From contig NC_087436.1 of assembly GCF_036321535.1 (NCBI RefSeq), positions 123,134,001-123,198,000 on the forward strand: a DNA stretch of 64,000 nucleotides, given 5' to 3'. This DNA comes from Camelus dromedarius (Eukaryota). The notes beneath the pieces are model-generated. The model did no database searches. It worked only from the letters and a program-made list of their open reading frames with translations, and had not been told where the DNA came from. The position numbers and the translations under genes were made by a program. Below are positions 32,091-64,000 of this stretch, piece after piece. Each line of letters opens with the position of its first letter. The first letter of the stretch is position 1.

Positions 32091-32984
32091 ATGCCAGGTA
32101 CCGTCCAGGGAACTGGAAGCAGTTGATTTTTGTTAAAACTGGTCCTGAGGGTGTGTGGGAGTGCTGCAGTCTGACTCGAGGCAGCTCCTTTCATCACAGA
32201 GGGCCGAGAGAGAGAGCAGAACGTCTGGGGTGACCTCGGGGACCCTGTAGCTGCCCTTTGGGTTGGGCTCTCTGTTGGGTGAATGTCGGGCTTTACCTAC
32301 ACGCAGGGAAAGAGTGGAAAGCAGTCGCCTCTGGCGTTCGCAATGCATCTGAAGATAACTTTGCCTGTGGACTAAATTGCTTTTATGCAGCATTTCAGTG
32401 AAGAGGTTGATTGAGAGTGCCTCCCCCCCCACTGATTTCCTTAAACAGATTACCTGAAACCTCGGGCAGAAGAGGAGAGGAGGATAGCCGCTGAGGAGAA
32501 AAAGAAGCAGGACGAACTGAAGCGGATCGAGAGAGAACTGGCAGAAGGTACTTGTGTTACTCAATTTTTGCCCTCCACCTGGATTTTCAGAAACAGCTGC
32601 TGCTCCAGTGAGCCCCACAGTGGAGGGCACTGGCCCAGTGGGTCCTTCTCTGGGGGAAGGGGGAAGCAGTCACGGGTGTTAGGGGGACATGTGATCCTTG
32701 CCTTTGCTGAGGGCCTAGCCCCTAGGCCTTGGAGGTTAGCTGTCTGCCACCCTCAGAGGGGCCACAGGACCAGAACGAGGCCCAGCTCTCTGGGTTCAAT
32801 AGCAGGTTCCAGTCAGAACAGGCAGAGATGGGAAAGACCAGGGTGGGAGTGTAAGCAGAGCACAGCTGGGCTCCACTGAGATTAGATACTGTTTCACGCA
32901 GTCCTTTTGGGTTTCCTGAATGTGTGGTGGCATGTGTGTTTTCCTTCTAACCTTTCAGCCCAAGAGGACAGCATATTGAAGTGA
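31542..32984 (+). CDS. ATP5ME: ATP synthase membrane subunit e, 4 exons, 71 aa
   Basis: join(31542-31577,31841-31895,32449-32547,32959-32984) = MVPPVQVSPLIKLGRYSALFLGMAYGAKRYNYLKPRAEEERRIAAEEKKKQDELKRIERELAEAQEDSILK*, all introns GT-AG. Confidence 0.97.
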
Positions 32985-33013
32985 GCCTGCATTTCTCTGG
33001 AGCAGCGTGGATG

Positions 33014-33019
33014 AATAAA
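33014..33019 (+). terminator. ATP5ME polyadenylation signal
   Basis: AATAAA 30 nt after TGA, followed by a GT/T-rich downstream element. Confidence 0.85.
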
Positions 33020-34314
33020 GCCTTTTGTGCTGTGTAGGTTCTCTGGCTTTCCTTTATTGTCTCCAGTTGATTGGTTTCTGGACCCGAGCTCAGCAGCTGT
33101 ATGCCCACCTCCTCAGATTATTTAGGGTGTGGATGGGGAGGGAGTTTCAAAGAACTAATCACTGGCCACAGACCCAGGATGCGGTGCATAGACAAGGTGG
33201 GAATCACAGAAACACCATCGCTTGCTCTGCGGTGGAGGGGTTGGGGGGTGTGGTGGACAAAGGGCGCAGTTTGTAATGAGACATGGCTAGCCCTGGTGTC
33301 CTGGGTGCTGCTTGGTGTTCTCTGCTAACCATGGTAACACTAACCCTGCTCAGACCCTCGGGTGGGCATGGCAGGGTCGGGGGCAGGCTGATGCCCTTAT
33401 AGTCGGGACCTGGGGCTCCACCCCTCACCTCACACATGCTCCCCTTAGCCCCAGGGAGGGGCTGTGGCCTCCTGAGGACCAGGCTGGGGCGCAGCTAGCT
33501 GTTCAGGGGGCTGCAGCCTTTGTGCCTGAGCCGAATGCAGGCCCCACACTAATGGCTGTGCTTCTCCGAGGAGACCTGGGGTGGGCAAGTCCGAAGTCCT
33601 GTTCTCAGCTTTGCACTTGGAGCAGATCTGGGCTTAGAGCTCTAATTCATTTGTAAAATGAGGAGAAAATGAGAAGCAGCCAGTGCTTCAAAGCCGTTTT
33701 TGTAGAGGTGAAGTTTGAGTGGGGATGGTGCACACCCCAGGGATGTCCTGAGGTTGGTGGGCAGCTGGCACTGGGGTCCCTCTGGGGACCTGGAGGAGCC
33801 TCCGGCCCCATACACGACCCCTTGTCACTGAGCCGCTCCTTCTTGTGAGTAGAAGGTTGTGTGGGGCGCCCTCCCTCCCACCTGGCATTCTAGGAAACAG
33901 CCTTAACCACACCCAGATTGGCCTTAGGGCACTGGCTCATCCTGCAGCCAAGAGGAGTACCCAGTATCTGGAAACATGCTTTTGAGCTCATTACAACTTA
34001 AAAGTTCCTACTTTCTATCAGATTATTAGTACTCATTTCAAGTGTGCGTCGTGCGTTGTGCCGCTTGGGTCTGACTCTGCTTTTCCTAACAGCTCAGCAC
34101 CATTAGGTCATTGGAGGCACGTGGTTGCTTCCGAGGAGGAAACCTCAGTTGTGCAGGACTTGGGCTGGTCCATCAGTGCGGTTCAGAGCAACTCCACACA
34201 CAGCGTTCATTACTGATCACTGCTTCTCACAGCCTTGACCTTTCTGGCAGAATTTTACAATTGGTCAGAAACAAATGTCCTGTGCCATGTTAAAAAAGGG
34301 CAGCATGCTTTCTC

Positions 34315-34325
34315 TTTATTTTATT
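34315..34325 (-). terminator. PDE6B polyadenylation signal (overlapping tandem AATAAAATAAA)
   Basis: tttattttatt on + strand, about 380 nt past the stop codon. Confidence 0.7.
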
Positions 34326-34705
34326 CTAAGTTTCTGTGCATATATTTGTTCTAAACCGGATGGAAGTTGGCATCTGTGTGTCTATCTCTACCCGTATGCA
34401 CATAAATACATGTGCAGTTGTGAATGTATTCACCCAGTGCTTTTAGACACAGTTCCCAGACCCTGTTCAGAGGTCTCCTGGTGGTATCACTATGCATCCA
34501 AAAGATGGATGAGCGTAAGGTGGGCTACACTGTTCAAATCACAGTTGGCTTTAGTTCATAAAAACACAAACCTTAAAAACATTCAAAATAGCCAAAATTG
34601 TCTTCAGTCATTTTCTCAGGCTTCCTAGCTGCTTGTACCAGTGGTTAGAGGCAGAACGTCTGTGGGTGTGTGGGCTGAGGGAGCCGTGGGATCCCGCCGA
34701 CTGGC

Positions 34706-63295
<28,590 letters not shown>

Positions 63296-63369
63296 GGTGT
63301 CCCGCTGCCCGTCCGGCCCCAGGTGCACAGGGACCTCCAGCAAACACTGTCATCAGCAAAGCCTTTCTT

Positions 63370-63420
63370 AGCGATGATTACCACACCAGCTGACTCACCC
63401 TCGCCTGCCCGCCCTCGCCT
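63370..63420 (-). promoter_or_regulatory. PDE6B proximal rod promoter: AP-1/NRL-type element, CRX-type TAATC core and GC-rich element
   Basis: GCTGACTCA at 63389-63397, gatta (TAATC on -) at 63376-63380 and cccgccc just upstream, 80-120 nt before the ATG; fits the recalled architecture of PDE6B promoters. Confidence 0.65.
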
Positions 63421-64000
63421 TAGACCTGGACTTCCCACTTCCTGGGAAAATCAGACCCCCAGGAGTGGGGACTATAGGCTAACACTCAGGGGCTTCGCCA
63501 ATAGCGGGAGTCCTGGGCTGTAGGGGAGCAGCACTTGGCTTCTAGGGGGGCAGGCCTCGACCCCCACCCCCTGGAGAGAGATAGTCCCAAAAGACACTGG
63601 GCCCCTTTTTGCCTGAGGGGCCCTGAGTATCTGGGGCTGTCCAGCAGGTAGCTCCAGGGCTCCTGGGCACCCGCACTTGGGCACAGGTGAGCTGGGGTGG
63701 GCAGGCAACCAGCTCTACCTCGGAAAGTTACAGCCCAGCTGTAAGAGGGGGAGAGGGGATGGAGGGTGCAGCCCATGCCAGTGGAGGGAAGTGGGGAGAA
63801 GGGAGGCAGGTGTGGAGCTGGGACCACAAGGTGGGGTCTGCACATACTTTCCTTTCTCCTGTCTGGTGACGAGGTGGCTCTTGTTCAGACTGGCACCCTC
63901 GGTCAGAGGGCGTCTCAGTGAATCCCCACCATGCGTCTCTCTTCTCAGCCAAATCCCTGCTTATTGAGAGCCCTTTATTCATGACACTCGACCCTCTCCT

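Noticed and set aside
31484..32197. 237-aa ORF antisense to ATP5ME
   Set aside because: Stop-poor CpG island; typical spurious ORF.
63296..63343. N-terminal extension of PDE6B suggested by the ORF track (MLEVPVHL...)
   Set aside because: Starts at a non-ATG codon; the ATG at 63295 (accATGa) gives the known N-terminus.

Overview
Mammalian genomic DNA, probably camelid (inferred from a tRNA-derived SINE and an L1 3' end that resemble Vicugna/Camelus elements). It is syntenic, in reverse orientation, with human 4p16.3. Left to right: a CpG-island promoter and non-coding first exon probably of PCGF3 (-); intact SLC49A3/MFSD7 (+, 10 exons, 505 aa); MYL5 (-, 7 exons); intact ATP5ME (+, 4 exons, 71 aa); and intact rod PDE6B (-, 22 exons, 853 aa ending CCIL), with nested old L1 elements in intron 3. 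Exon boundaries were read by hand; comparisons with human proteins and repeat consensus sequences are from recall, not database searches. The main observation is that MYL5 looks like a unitary pseudogene decaying through splice-site loss: its exons contain no stop or frameshift, but two donors are non-GT and the EF-hand loop has lost a codon. PDE6B also carries two local duplications that create candidate poison splice sites. I found no evidence of a wholly new multi-gene system; nearly all other ORFs in the track look like GC-rich noise.
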